From assembly GCA_965206845.1 (NCBI GenBank), contig OZ242221.1, positions 1,024,001 through 1,088,000 of the forward strand: a stretch of 64,000 nt of DNA, written 5' to 3'. Below the pieces are notes generated by a model. It saw only the letters and a list, made by a program, of their open reading frames with translations. It made no database searches and was not told the origin of the DNA. This document shows positions 39,266 to 49,604 of the stretch, in pieces. Both the position numbers and the translations under genes were made by a program. Source of the DNA: Cenarchaeum sp. (GTDB taxonomy: Archaea; Thermoproteota; Nitrososphaeria; Nitrososphaerales; Nitrosopumilaceae). Position 1 is the first letter of the stretch. Every line of letters starts with the position of its first letter.

Positions 39266-40339
39266 TTACTCTGATGCGTGCCTTGAGAGCAGGCTGCCGT
39301 CAAAGTCAAACAGCATTGCGGTCACGGCCACCTTCTGCTCTGCGTGCCCCCTCATGTGCAGGCACACCCGCGAGGTGACCGCATCAAAGAACCCCTCGAC
39401 GTGGTTCTCCTTTACCATCTCCAGCACGTGCCTTGCGGTGTTTGCCTTTCGTATCTTCTGCACCACGGCCTCCCCGGCGCCGGCCTCCCCGGCAAGCCCC
39501 GCCAGAAAGCCCACGTCCACCTTGGATCCCTTGACATGTGTCTGCCTTATGCCCTTGGCCATCTTAGCCAGCTTTCCGATGAACCCCACCACCGTCACGT
39601 CGGCGATGCCCTTTTTGGCGCACTGCTGGATCGAGTACCCCGCAAAGTCACCCATCTGCACAAAGCAGTGGTCCGGAAGATCCACGATCTTTCTGGCAAA
39701 GTCCTCGCTCCGTCCCCCGGTGGTCAGGACGACACTCGTGTCCCCCATGGCCAGGGCCACGTCCAGACTCTGCCTGATCGAGGCGGCATAGGATGCCGTG
39801 GAGAAGGGGACCACGATGCCACTGGTTCCAAGGATCGAGATCCCGCCAAGTATGCCCAGCCGCGGGTTGTCCGTCTTGGGTGCCAGCTCCCTTCCCGCGG
39901 GAACCGAGACGACGACCCGGATGCCCCTTGCAGAGAGGAGATCCCCGCCCACCCTTGCGAGGTTCTCGCGGATCATCCTTTTGGGAACTGGGTTTATCGC
40001 TGGCCGGCCGATCTCAAGCCCCAGCCCGGGCTTTGTGACCGTGCCGACCCCGTCCCCTCCGTCGATCTCTATCCCAGTCGAGCCGGTAAGCGTCACGTCC
40101 ACCACGATCTCGGCCCCGTGCGTGACGTCGGGATCGTCCCCGCCGTCCTTGATTACGGAGCACCGGGCCCAGTCGTCCCCGAACCGGCAGCTGTGCAGCG
40201 TGATGCTGGCGGTGTCGCCCTTGGGAAGGGACACGTCTACGCTGCCCGTTCCCTTCTGGCTGATTATGGCGGCAAGTCCCGCTGCGGCCCCTGCTGCGGC
40301 GCAGGTGCCGGTTGAAAAGCCGGTCCGAAGTTTGTTCAC
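39266..40339 (-). CDS. cbiD: Cobalt-precorrin-5B C1-methyltransferase
   Basis: LRTGFSTGTCA, KDGGDDPDVTHG, GGISILGT. Confidence 0.95.
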   Translation of the reverse strand: MNKLRTGFSTGTCAAAGAAAGLAAIISQKGTGSVDVSLPKGDTASITLHSCRFGDDWARCSVIKDGGDDPDVTHGAEIVVDVTLTGSTGIEIDGGDGVGTVTKPGLGLEIGRPAINPVPKRMIRENLARVGGDLLSARGIRVVVSVPAGRELAPKTDNPRLGILGGISILGTSGIVVPFSTASYAASIRQSLDVALAMGDTSVVLTTGGRSEDFARKIVDLPDHCFVQMGDFAGYSIQQCAKKGIADVTVVGFIGKLAKMAKGIRQTHVKGSKVDVGFLAGLAGEAGAGEAVVQKIRKANTARHVLEMVKENHVEGFFDAVTSRVCLHMRGHAEQKVAVTAMLFDFDGSLLSRHASE

Positions 40340-40439
40340 ACCTGCACTGTTCCCCTAATCTATTAATTCTTGTTTGTGTGGGGAATTGTGGTATATAGTT
40401 CCCATACGTTTAAAATTCTTGGAGCCCCCCCGGCATCGT

Positions 40440-41276
40440 GTGGAACCAGGGCCTGTGGCGGTAACGGGGGCAAACGGCTTTGTCGCAAGAAACCTGCGGC
40501 GGCTTTTGGATGCCAGGCGGATCCCCGCCGTCGCCGTTGCCAGGCGGGACTTTGTGGCATACCGGCACGAGACCAAGGTCGTCTCCCCGGGCTATGCAGA
40601 GGACGACATACTGCCGGAGCTCCGCCGCTGCTCAGGCCTGGTTCACCTGGTGGGCATCGGGCGGCAGGCTGCGGGCTCCACTTACACCTCGGCAAACGTC
40701 GACCTCACGGGGAGGGTGATCCGGATGTGCAAAGAGGCCGGCACGGGCAGACTGGTGTACTGCAGCGGCCTCGGGGTCTCTGATGATGCGACCACCGACT
40801 ACTTTATCTCCAAGCTCCATGCCGAGCGGGAGATTGCCGGCTCGGGGCTGGACTATGCCATCTTCCGGCCCTCCTACATAATGGGGACAGACGACCCGCT
40901 CACAAGAAACATCCGAAGACAGGCCAGCGCAGGCTCCGTCATCGTCCCCGGCTCCGGCGGGTTTCCCGTCCAGCCCGTATCGGTGGACGACGCATGCCGG
41001 GTTCTGCTGATGTCCGTTGCCGACGGGAGGTTCTCCCGGCGCACCCTGGATCTGGTGGGCCCGCGCACCATGACCTTTGAGGAGCTAGTCCGCCGTATTG
41101 TGTGCGGCAGGGCGCCCGTCAAGAGGATGGATCTTGAGCGTGCGTACCTTGAGGCGATTCGCAACCCCCGGTTCCCCTACGGCATAGACGACCTGAACAT
41201 CCTGGTGGGCAGGTACGAGGGGGACTTTGGGGAGCTCGCCGGGCTGGCCGGCTTTGACTTTACGGCGGTGCCCTAG
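40440..41276 (+). CDS. NAD-dependent epimerase/dehydratase (atypical SDR)
   Basis: [20 protein letters not shown]. Confidence 0.85.
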   Translation: MEPGPVAVTGANGFVARNLRRLLDARRIPAVAVARRDFVAYRHETKVVSPGYAEDDILPELRRCSGLVHLVGIGRQAAGSTYTSANVDLTGRVIRMCKEAGTGRLVYCSGLGVSDDATTDYFISKLHAEREIAGSGLDYAIFRPSYIMGTDDPLTRNIRRQASAGSVIVPGSGGFPVQPVSVDDACRVLLMSVADGRFSRRTLDLVGPRTMTFEELVRRIVCGRAPVKRMDLERAYLEAIRNPRFPYGIDDLNILVGRYEGDFGELAGLAGFDFTAVP

Positions 41277-42439
41277 AGTCCGGCTGCCTGTCTCAGGGTG
41301 TCGGCCCTGTCGGTGCTCTCCCATCTAAAGCCCGCATCGCTTCTTCCAAAGTGTCCGTAGGATGCCGTCCTCTGGTAGATGGGCTTCTTGAGATCCAGGT
41401 GCGCTATGATGGCCGAGGGCCGCATGTCAAAGTGCTTCCTTACTATCCCCTCGATATCCTCCTCGGGAATCTTGCCGGTGTCAAAGGTGTTCACCATGAG
41501 CGACACGGGATCGGCGACGCCGATTGCGTATGCCACCTGGATCTCACACCGGTCCGCCATCCCTGCCGCAACTATGTTCTTTGCGATATACCTGCACATG
41601 TAGCAGGCGGATCTGTCCACCTTGGAGGGATCCTTTCCGGAGAATGCCCCGCCGCCGTGCCTTCCAAAGCCGCCGTACGTGTCGACGATTATCTTCCGGC
41701 CCGTGAGCCCCGAGTCCCCGTGTGGGCCGCCTATCACGAACTTGCCCGTGGGGTTGATGTGTATCTTGATCCGATCGTTCCAGTGGCTGCCAAGCACCGG
41801 CCTGATCACCTTCTCGATTATCTGCTCCCTTATCTCCTCGTTGTCCACCTCCGGCGCGTGCTGCGTTGAGACTATCACCGCCTCCACCCGGGAGGGCTTG
41901 CCGTCCTCGTACCTTACGGAGACCTGAGACTTGCCGTCGGGCCTAACCCACTTGAGCTGGCCGGACTTTCTCACCTCCGCCAGCCTCCCTGTAAGCTTGT
42001 GCGCCAGCAGAATGGGCAGCGGCATCAGCTCCTCAGTCTCGTTTGATGCAAATCCGAACATCAGCCCCTGGTCGCCGGCGCCCTGCTCCCTCGCGTGGGT
42101 TGCGGTCACCCCTTGGCTGATGTCCGGGCTCTGCGCGTGAATCTTGAGTGTTATCTTGCACGAGTCAGCGTCAAAGAGCATGGCGGGATCGCTGTATCCT
42201 ATCTCCCGTATGACCTTCCTCACCAGGGCGTCCTGGTCCCCGACCTCAAAGGATGCCTTTGATGTCACCTCGCCCATTACGGCGACAAAGTCCGTGGTTA
42301 TTGCGGTCTCCACGGCCACCCGCGAGTCCGGATCCTGCCTCAGGTACTCGTCTAGGAACGCGTCGGATATCTGGTCGCATATCTTGTCCGGATGCCCCTC
42401 TGTGACAGATTCGGAGGTAAACAGAAAGCTCTTGGTCAT
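41273..42439 (-). CDS. metK: S-adenosylmethionine synthetase, bacterial/eukaryotic type
   Basis: [28 protein letters not shown]. Confidence 0.96.
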   Translation of the reverse strand: MTKSFLFTSESVTEGHPDKICDQISDAFLDEYLRQDPDSRVAVETAITTDFVAVMGEVTSKASFEVGDQDALVRKVIREIGYSDPAMLFDADSCKITLKIHAQSPDISQGVTATHAREQGAGDQGLMFGFASNETEELMPLPILLAHKLTGRLAEVRKSGQLKWVRPDGKSQVSVRYEDGKPSRVEAVIVSTQHAPEVDNEEIREQIIEKVIRPVLGSHWNDRIKIHINPTGKFVIGGPHGDSGLTGRKIIVDTYGGFGRHGGGAFSGKDPSKVDRSACYMCRYIAKNIVAAGMADRCEIQVAYAIGVADPVSLMVNTFDTGKIPEEDIEGIVRKHFDMRPSAIIAHLDLKKPIYQRTASYGHFGRSDAGFRWESTDRADTLRQAAGL

Positions 42440-42456
42440 GGCAAGCACCAGAAAAA

Positions 42457-42699
42457 CTAGAGATCGTCTTTCAGCTTGATAAACAGTACGTTGTTTCCGC
42501 GGACTAAGACCCTGCCGTAGTTTGCGACGGTCTTGTTGCCCTGCTGCTCCTTGGCGTCTGTCATGATTAGGTTCATGTAGGAGTCAACGTTGTCTATCTT
42601 GCCCCTGTACTCCACCTCGTTCTTGAGCCTGACGGTGACTATCTTGTTTGTGCTCTTTTGAAGGGTTGTTAATGGCCTTTGAGCGGCTGACTGCGACAT
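42457..42699 (-). CDS. Sm-like archaeal protein (SmAP/Lsm)
   Basis: D.YMNL, VRGNNV. Confidence 0.9.
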   Translation of the reverse strand: MSQSAAQRPLTTLQKSTNKIVTVRLKNEVEYRGKIDNVDSYMNLIMTDAKEQQGNKTVANYGRVLVRGNNVLFIKLKDDL

Positions 42700-42764
42700 C
42701 GTATCTTCACTTGACAGTCAGCGATTTTTTCTAAGATAAAAAGCCTTGCCTCTGCGTGCGGCGC

Positions 42765-43823
42765 TGTATTGTAACAAAACTATGTCCTCCCCAGATCAGA
42801 CGCACTCTGCGCGAATTTATTAGGTTACACTATCCAAGACGCCTGATGCCGGTCAAGCTGGATGACGACAAAATCAAGTACGTCATTCGCGAGAAGGAGA
42901 AAGGGACCCTCAACGCCACAATAGCTGAAAGCATGAAGATCAGCTCACGACATGTGCGACGCCTTTGGGCCAAGTACAGGAGTACCGGCTCGTTGCCGAC
43001 GATCAGCAGTGGAGGCCGACCTGCCACCAAGACAATATCTGATGAGGAAGTCGAGATGGTGCTGGCCGAGTGCAGGAGAGGCTGTTCGGGGGTGGGACGG
43101 GTCACCAAGGCATTGGCGGACAAAAACATAAGCGGCCGCACCGTATACAACATAATGAAAAAACATGGGCTGGTGGAGTCGTGCCCCGCAAAGGCAAAAA
43201 AACGCAAATGGGTGAGATTTGAGCGGCAGTACTCTAACGCCATGTGGCATACGGACTGGCATGTCATGAAGGACTTCCGCGTGAGGGATCTGAACCTGAT
43301 CACGTACCTGGACGATGCCTCGCGATGCGTCACCGGATACGGCGTGTTCAAAGAAGCAACCGGCCTGAATGCTGTGGAGGTGCTCAGGCAGGCAATTCTG
43401 GCGTTTGGCACCCCGGCATCCATCCTGTCGGACAACGGATCCTGCTTTGTGGGCGTGCGAAGCGGCACGCCGAAGGGAACATGGACGCCTACTATCTTTG
43501 AGAGCGAGCTTCTGGATCGCGGCATACAGCTGATAAACTCAAGGCCGTACCATCCCCAGACCAACGGTAAGCTGGAGAGGTTCCACAGGACACTGGAGAC
43601 CGAGGTGGGGCGGCACGACAGTTTGGACGACTTCGTCACGTACTACAACGAGAGGCGGCTGCATTGGTCGCTTGACATAGACAACCACCAGACGCCGCTC
43701 AAGGCGTTCCATGATAAGGCGACGTATGAAACTATAAGAGTAGACAATCCAAACTGGATGGAGGTTGACATCCATGGATGACCGGCGGACAAAGGGGGGA
43801 GGACATAGTTTTGTTACAATACA
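42765..43823 (+). mobile_element. IS481-family insertion sequence
   Basis: Perfect 28-bp TIRs TGTATTGTAACAAAACTATGTCCTCCCC; flanking direct repeat (T/C)CTGCGTGCGGCGC. Confidence 0.93.
42846..43781 (+). CDS. IS481-family DDE transposase (rve integrase core)
   Basis: WHTD, DDASR, ILSDNG, PQTNGKLERFHRT, YN..R.H. Confidence 0.92.
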   Translation: MPVKLDDDKIKYVIREKEKGTLNATIAESMKISSRHVRRLWAKYRSTGSLPTISSGGRPATKTISDEEVEMVLAECRRGCSGVGRVTKALADKNISGRTVYNIMKKHGLVESCPAKAKKRKWVRFERQYSNAMWHTDWHVMKDFRVRDLNLITYLDDASRCVTGYGVFKEATGLNAVEVLRQAILAFGTPASILSDNGSCFVGVRSGTPKGTWTPTIFESELLDRGIQLINSRPYHPQTNGKLERFHRTLETEVGRHDSLDDFVTYYNERRLHWSLDIDNHQTPLKAFHDKATYETIRVDNPNWMEVDIHG

Positions 43824-43990
43824 CCTGCGTGCGGCGCCCGCCCGAGCCTCCATCCGGGCCGGGCGCAGCATGCGGTCTCGCGCGGGGCCTCCTGATGCAG
43901 ATCCGGTGCACGCAGGCACGGAGCCCGCGCCGGGACGGCTCCGCAAACAAAAGGTTATAACCCGTTCGCAGCTCTCTGAAAAGGGTTTCA

Positions 43991-45418
43991 TTGGAGTTTA
44001 GAGAAGGGCTAACATTTGACGACGTCCTGCTTGTGCCCAAACGCTCTGACATCACAAGCCGGATACAGACAGACCTGAACACCAGGCTGTCGCGAAACCT
44101 GTCACTGAACATTCCACTCATATCTGCAAACATGGACACAGTCACCGAGTCGGGCATGGCCGTTGCCATGGCCAGGTACGGCGGAATAGGGATCATTCAC
44201 CGGTTCCTGACCGTAAAGGAGCAGGTGGACGAGGTGCTGAAGGTAAAGCGCTCGGGCAGCATCATGATCGAGAACCCGTACACCGTGGGGCCCGACCAGA
44301 CCGTCGGCAGCGCCATCGACTATGCCCGCGACAGGGACGTGTCGGGTCTGCTGGTGGTCTCCGGCGGGCGCCTGATCGGCATCATGACGGAGCGGGACAC
44401 CGCCTTTGAGCTTAACAGGTCCAGCCTGGTTCGCGACGTGATGACAAAGGATGTCGTCACGGCGGATCCCGGAATTGCCATGAAGGACGCAAAGCAGATC
44501 CTCTACCAGAACAGGATCGAGAAGCTGCCGCTGGTGGACGCGTCTGGCCGCGTCAGGGGGCTGATAACAAGCAAGGACATCAGGAATACCGAGGACTATC
44601 CGCATGCGTCAAAGGACAAGAAGGGCAGGCCGCTGGTGGGCGCCGCCGTGGGGGTGAAGGGCGACTTTATGGAGAGGACCGAGGCCCTGCTGGATGCGGG
44701 AGCCGACACGATAGTGGTGGACATCGCCCACGGCCACAGCGAAAATGCCATCAGGGCCGTCGGGCACATCAAGAAGGGATTTCCCGACTGCGAGCTTATC
44801 GCGGGCAACGTCGCCACCGCCGGCGGTGCGGAGGACCTGATCGGGGCCGGAGTGGATGCCGTGAAGGTGGGCGTGGGCTCCGGCTCAATCTGCATCACCC
44901 GGGTGATCACCGGCTCCGGCGTGCCCCAGCTAACGGCCGTTATGGACTGCGCCAAGGTGGGAAGGGACCACGACATCCCGATAATATCTGACGGCGGCAC
45001 CAGGACGTCCGGCGACGCCACAAAGGCCCTGGCCGCCGGCGCATCCACGGTAATGATGGGAAGCATACTTGGCGGCACCGACGAGACGCCAGGCACGGTA
45101 CTCACAAAGAACGGAAAGCAGTTCAAGGTGTACCGCGGCATGGCATCGCTGGCGGCATCTCTGGGGCGCAAGACAAAGGAGGGCGACGTATCCCCGGACG
45201 ATGACCTCAACGACTACGTGGCAGAGGGGGTAGAGGCCATGGTCTCCTACAGGGGTTCGGTAAAGGACATCCTGCGGCAGATGACTGGCGGAATCCGCTC
45301 GGGGCTCAGCTACTGCGGCGCGCACAGCATACGGCAGATGCAGCAGAACGCCGAGTTCGTCAAGATATCCCGTGCCGGCTTTGCCGAGAGCCAGCCGCAC
45401 GACGTCTCCGTGATGTGA
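43991..45418 (+). CDS. guaB: IMP dehydrogenase
   Basis: LTFDDVLL, GSGSICITR, YRGM; CBS pair. Confidence 0.96.
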   Translation: MEFREGLTFDDVLLVPKRSDITSRIQTDLNTRLSRNLSLNIPLISANMDTVTESGMAVAMARYGGIGIIHRFLTVKEQVDEVLKVKRSGSIMIENPYTVGPDQTVGSAIDYARDRDVSGLLVVSGGRLIGIMTERDTAFELNRSSLVRDVMTKDVVTADPGIAMKDAKQILYQNRIEKLPLVDASGRVRGLITSKDIRNTEDYPHASKDKKGRPLVGAAVGVKGDFMERTEALLDAGADTIVVDIAHGHSENAIRAVGHIKKGFPDCELIAGNVATAGGAEDLIGAGVDAVKVGVGSGSICITRVITGSGVPQLTAVMDCAKVGRDHDIPIISDGGTRTSGDATKALAAGASTVMMGSILGGTDETPGTVLTKNGKQFKVYRGMASLAASLGRKTKEGDVSPDDDLNDYVAEGVEAMVSYRGSVKDILRQMTGGIRSGLSYCGAHSIRQMQQNAEFVKISRAGFAESQPHDVSVM

Positions 45419-45463
45419 CCCTCACCCGCTAGTCTTTTATTTGCGTTCACGCATGCGCCCACT

Positions 45464-45925
45464 GTGCTGACTAAGCGGACCATCATCGGAAATATCGTGG
45501 GCGGCACAATCACCGCGCTGGGAGTCATATCCTTGGTGCTGGCTCTGGGGATTCAGGAATCGCAGCTGGACGAGGCCGTCGTCCCGGGAGCCTCGACGGT
45601 GTACCAGTTTGACGCGCCAGGCGGGACGCAAGGATCCATGGCGGTCGTGGGGAACTCGTTTGACGTATCGCTTCGGGATCCCGGCGGGGATGAGACCCTG
45701 ACGGCATACAAGGGTCAGGCCAGCATAGACTGGACGCTCTCGCAGGACGGCACCAGCAGAGTCGAGGTCCAGAATACGGGCTCTGACGATCTCCGCATAA
45801 CGGGAACGATCCGGTACACAACCGACCCGATCCTCTACACGTACCACATAATGGTGATCGTGGCGGGAATAGTGATAATCGGGTTCAGCGCCGGATTCAG
45901 CATGAGGCGGCCAAAGGGCTTTTAG
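45464..45925 (+). CDS. Hypothetical two-TM membrane protein
   Basis: N- and C-terminal TM helices around beta-rich domain. Confidence 0.7.
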   Translation: MLTKRTIIGNIVGGTITALGVISLVLALGIQESQLDEAVVPGASTVYQFDAPGGTQGSMAVVGNSFDVSLRDPGGDETLTAYKGQASIDWTLSQDGTSRVEVQNTGSDDLRITGTIRYTTDPILYTYHIMVIVAGIVIIGFSAGFSMRRPKGF

Positions 45926-46734
45926 CCGCGCCCTGCAGCCGGGTACGTGCCCAGCGCCTTGACGAATGTGACGTCATCGCTGATCTGCTCCAGCATCTCT
46001 TGGACCGTATCAGCACTGCCCCCCTCAAAGTCCATAAAAAAGTTGTACTCCCAGCGCGTGTCCTTCTTGGGGCGGGACTCGATCTTCGTCATGTTGACCC
46101 CGTATGCGAGGAACTTGTCCAGTATGTGGTACAGCGCCCCCGGCTCGTGCCTGAGTGAGAATATGATCGATGTCTTGCGGGCGTCTTCTGCCTCGCAGCG
46201 CTCGCGGGCCAGAATCAGAAACCGGGTAAAGTTGTCGGGATTGTCCGCTATGCCGTCCCGTATTACCGGAAGCGCGTACGCCTCCGAGGCGCTCCTGCTG
46301 GCAATGCAGGCCACGTTCCTGCTGTTCATCTCCCTTACGATCTTGACGCTTCCCGCGGTGTCGTACGCCGGGACGACCCTCATCTTGCGCTGCAGCAAGA
46401 AACCCCTGCACTGGCCCAGGGCCTGCGGATGCGAGTACACCGTATCCACCTCATCCAGGTCCCCAGACCCGATCAGGCAGTGCTCTATCCTGTGGTAGAT
46501 CTCGCCGGTCACCTTCAGCGGCGTCAGGTAAAGCAGATCGTAGCTCTCGCCGACGCTTCCCTCGATCGAGTTCTCCACGGGCAGTATCACGAAGTCGGTC
46601 CTGGCAGATACCGTGTGCTCGAGCGCCTCTGCAAATGACGGCAGCGGCACGGTCTCGATATCCTGATCAAAGAATGCGCGCGCCGCGTCCTCGCTGTAGG
46701 CGCCCCGTTCTCCCGGAAAGGAAACCCTGATCAT
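45922..46734 (-). CDS. pheA: Prephenate dehydratase
   Basis: PVENSIEG, SHPQALGQC, N.TRF, TKIESRP. Confidence 0.95.
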   Translation of the reverse strand: MIRVSFPGERGAYSEDAARAFFDQDIETVPLPSFAEALEHTVSARTDFVILPVENSIEGSVGESYDLLYLTPLKVTGEIYHRIEHCLIGSGDLDEVDTVYSHPQALGQCRGFLLQRKMRVVPAYDTAGSVKIVREMNSRNVACIASRSASEAYALPVIRDGIADNPDNFTRFLILARERCEAEDARKTSIIFSLRHEPGALYHILDKFLAYGVNMTKIESRPKKDTRWEYNFFMDFEGGSADTVQEMLEQISDDVTFVKALGTYPAAGRG

Positions 46735-47285
46735 TTTTTGCCCAGTTGCACAAATGCGGAGCTCTCAAAGTCCGACGAGATCTTTCTCTCGTCGATCCAT
46801 CCGCACTCCTTGCACTTGATGGCATCCCGGTACCGGATTACCCTGTCGCCGCACTTCCTGCACCGCGTGTGGATCACGCCCAGGTGCGGCTCGCTGAACG
46901 TGGCATGGGTTGCGCCGTTGAGCCGGCGTATGATCTTCAGCACCATGATGTCGTTTACGAACGCGATGCCCTTCCTGCGGAAGCTCCTGGTGGAGCAGAC
47001 GCACTCGACGCCTGAGGTTATCGGCTCTCCGTTGATGTACTTGATTGTTACTGCGATCATCGAGGACATCACCGCTGCCACGATCCCTATTATGGTGTCG
47101 CCCGCCTCTGGAACGGGAACGAGCTTGGGGTTGCTTACGCTTGCCACGCGCCCCTTTCTGTCGATGTCCGTCCTTCCGATTACCGCCGCCCTGACCTTGT
47201 CGCCGTCATCGAAGGTGTTTATTCCTGCCTCAAACTCCTCGATTGTGGCTATCTGATCCCCGGGAAAGGTCATGGCCTCTGACAT
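46731..47285 (-). CDS. csl4: Exosome RNA-binding subunit Csl4
   Basis: PGD..A..EEF..G, S1 domain, LGVI...CRKC..C..C...E.RKIS. Confidence 0.88.
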   Translation of the reverse strand: MSEAMTFPGDQIATIEEFEAGINTFDDGDKVRAAVIGRTDIDRKGRVASVSNPKLVPVPEAGDTIIGIVAAVMSSMIAVTIKYINGEPITSGVECVCSTRSFRRKGIAFVNDIMVLKIIRRLNGATHATFSEPHLGVIHTRCRKCGDRVIRYRDAIKCKECGWIDERKISSDFESSAFVQLGKK

Positions 47286-47398
47286 ACCACAGAGTTTGCG
47301 CCTTTGATTATAATTGTTTTTAACGCATGGGAGAAAAATCCGGCGCCCCCAGGCACGCGGTGGGAATCGATATTAACCGAGCGCGCCCATCACGGGTT

Positions 47399-48466
47399 AT
47401 GAGGGGGCTGGTGTACGAGCGATATGCCAGGGATGACGACTTTGGTGACATCCTGCAGGTAAGGGATCTGCCGGATCCCGTGCCGGGGCCCCATGAGATC
47501 ATACTGCGGGTGGAGTCTGCGGCGCTGAACCACGACGACATCTGGGGCATGAGGGGGAGGCCCGTGCCGGTTCCGCTGCCGCACATATCCGGAACGGACG
47601 CCGCTGGCACGGTCGTTGCCGCAGGCGACCAGGTGAGGGGTATCGCAGAAGGCGACCGGGTGGTCTCTCACGGGAACCTGTCCTGCCGCGTCTGCCGGGC
47701 GTGTACCTCGGGCCGCGAGTACGACTGCCCAAGGCGCACCATCTGGGGCTTTCAGACGGGCCCGCTGTGGGGCGGCTTTTGCGAGCTGACACACCTGCCC
47801 GAGGTAAACGTGGTGAGGATCCCCGACGGGGTGTCCTTTGACGAGGCGGCTGCCGCCTCGATGACCATGATGACCGCGTGGCACATGCTGGTGGGAAGGG
47901 CAAGGGTCACGCCGGGCCAGACGGTGCTGGTTATGGGCGGCGGTTCCGGCATGGGCACCTTTGGAATCCAGATTGCCAAGCTGTACGGGTGCAACGTGAT
48001 CGCCACCGCGGCGCCAGACAAGCTGGGGAGGTGCCTGGAGATGGGCGCCGACTTTGTGGTGGACCACAGGAGGGACGGCTGGCACAGGGAGGTGCGAAGG
48101 ATCGCAGGCGAGATTGCCGCAGACCGGCAGGCCACGGTGGATGTGATATTTGAGCACATCGGGGGCTCCCACTGGGGCAAGGAGCTTGCGCTCCTGGGAT
48201 ACGGCGGCACCCTGGTGACCACCGGCGCCACCACCGGGTACGACGTGAGGACAGACCTCCGTCACGTGTTCTTCAAGGGGACAAACATCCTGGGCTCCAC
48301 CCAGGGAACCAGGGCGGAGCTGGAGCAGGGGCTGTACTGGATGTCCCGCCAGAAGATCAGATCTATAATCGACTCGACGTACCCGCTGAAGCAGGCGGCC
48401 CGGGCGCACGCAAGGATGGCTGCCGGCTCGCTCTTTGGAAAGATCCTGCTCAAACCGCAGCTCTAG
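47399..48466 (+). CDS. Zn-binding medium-chain dehydrogenase/reductase
   Basis: ALNHDD, PHISGTDAAG, CRVCRAC..G...C, GATTG. Confidence 0.85.
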   Translation: MRGLVYERYARDDDFGDILQVRDLPDPVPGPHEIILRVESAALNHDDIWGMRGRPVPVPLPHISGTDAAGTVVAAGDQVRGIAEGDRVVSHGNLSCRVCRACTSGREYDCPRRTIWGFQTGPLWGGFCELTHLPEVNVVRIPDGVSFDEAAAASMTMMTAWHMLVGRARVTPGQTVLVMGGGSGMGTFGIQIAKLYGCNVIATAAPDKLGRCLEMGADFVVDHRRDGWHREVRRIAGEIAADRQATVDVIFEHIGGSHWGKELALLGYGGTLVTTGATTGYDVRTDLRHVFFKGTNILGSTQGTRAELEQGLYWMSRQKIRSIIDSTYPLKQAARAHARMAAGSLFGKILLKPQL

Positions 48467-48467
48467 G

Positions 48468-49463
48468 CTAGAGCCAGTGGGGGATCTGCAGGAACCCCTC
48501 GATGCTCTCCTTTCTTAGCACCTTGAGCAGCGCGTGCCCCTGCGGCGTCGAGAGGACAGGCTTGTCAAACTGGTTGTCCGTGGATATCCTGGGGCATGCC
48601 ACCTGGATGAACGCGTCGATCCCCTTGAGGTTGCGCAGCCTGTCGTTGGTGATGTCGGTGAGCGCGAAGAGCTGGACACGCTTGCCCTCCTTCTCCAGCT
48701 CCCGCCTGAGCTTGAGCGCCGCGGTCTTTGATATCTGGCCCTCCTTCAGGCCCACGATGATGCCAAAGCTGTGCGCGTCGGCCGCCTTGTATATGGACAG
48801 GATGGCCTTCCTCTGCAGCTTTGCGGCAAAGTCCGAGACCTCCCTCACCTCGTTAAAGTAGGGATCCAGCACATACGTCGGAAGGTTCGTTGCCAGCGCG
48901 GCCCCGGCGGCATGAAAGTTGCTCTGCCCCAGAAAGACGTTGGCATCGGCCACGTCCCTCTTCTCCATGGCAGGATAAAACTCGCACCCAAAGATCTGGC
49001 CGTCGTTTAGCTGCCCCTTGCCCTCGCCGATCTCGGTCCTCACCCCGCCCCGCTCCAGCGTCTCCCTCACGTTGTCAATCTCGTGCAGGTGCTGGCTGTC
49101 GGTAAGCAGCGAGACGATCCTGCCCCTGAGCAGCTCGGCGCACTTGGCTGCCACCGCGTCAAACTTTATGTCGTCGTAGGCGTTGATCATGACCACGTTC
49201 CCCTCAAACTCCTCCACGTTGACGGTGTGGCCCACGTTGAAGAGCACCTCTGCTGCCAGCGTGCGGGCGCCGCCGGAGTTGAGGTCACAGGTGCCCCAGG
49301 TGGCATCGGCAATCACATAGGCCGGGATTCCAAACCGCCGCATTACGCTCTCTGCGGCATCCTGAACCTGCGGCAGAATGCCGTCGGGCCCGTTGAGCGC
49401 CACAGACACCGGCCTGCGCTCCTGAATCACGGCAAAGATCCTCTCTAGGTCTACTACAATCAA
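48468..49463 (-). CDS. dph2: Diphthamide biosynthesis protein Dph2
   Basis: WGTCD, GQIFGC, ACPRI. Confidence 0.92.
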   Translation of the reverse strand: MIVVDLERIFAVIQERRPVSVALNGPDGILPQVQDAAESVMRRFGIPAYVIADATWGTCDLNSGGARTLAAEVLFNVGHTVNVEEFEGNVVMINAYDDIKFDAVAAKCAELLRGRIVSLLTDSQHLHEIDNVRETLERGGVRTEIGEGKGQLNDGQIFGCEFYPAMEKRDVADANVFLGQSNFHAAGAALATNLPTYVLDPYFNEVREVSDFAAKLQRKAILSIYKAADAHSFGIIVGLKEGQISKTAALKLRRELEKEGKRVQLFALTDITNDRLRNLKGIDAFIQVACPRISTDNQFDKPVLSTPQGHALLKVLRKESIEGFLQIPHWL

Positions 49464-49604
49464 TTTAGATGTGTGCTGTGTGCGGTTTTAATTTAAACCC
49501 ACCCGTGCCATGACGCCGTCCGCACCTCCCGGGGCGCCTTTGTGCCCGGAACCGCGGACGCTCACAAGGCAACCCAAAAATGTGCCTGGCACGTTGCGTT
49601 ACCG

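Noticed and set aside
41273-42439. Bacterial-type MetK (also fused GuaA, class II HMGR) as novel HGT
   Set aside because: To my knowledge common in this archaeal lineage; no local mobility signs
42765-43823. IS481 transposase as the in-trans mobiliser of the TnpB elements
   Set aside because: Its ends (TGT...ACA) and long TSD are unrelated to GGGAATTAT ends and the 8-bp TSD
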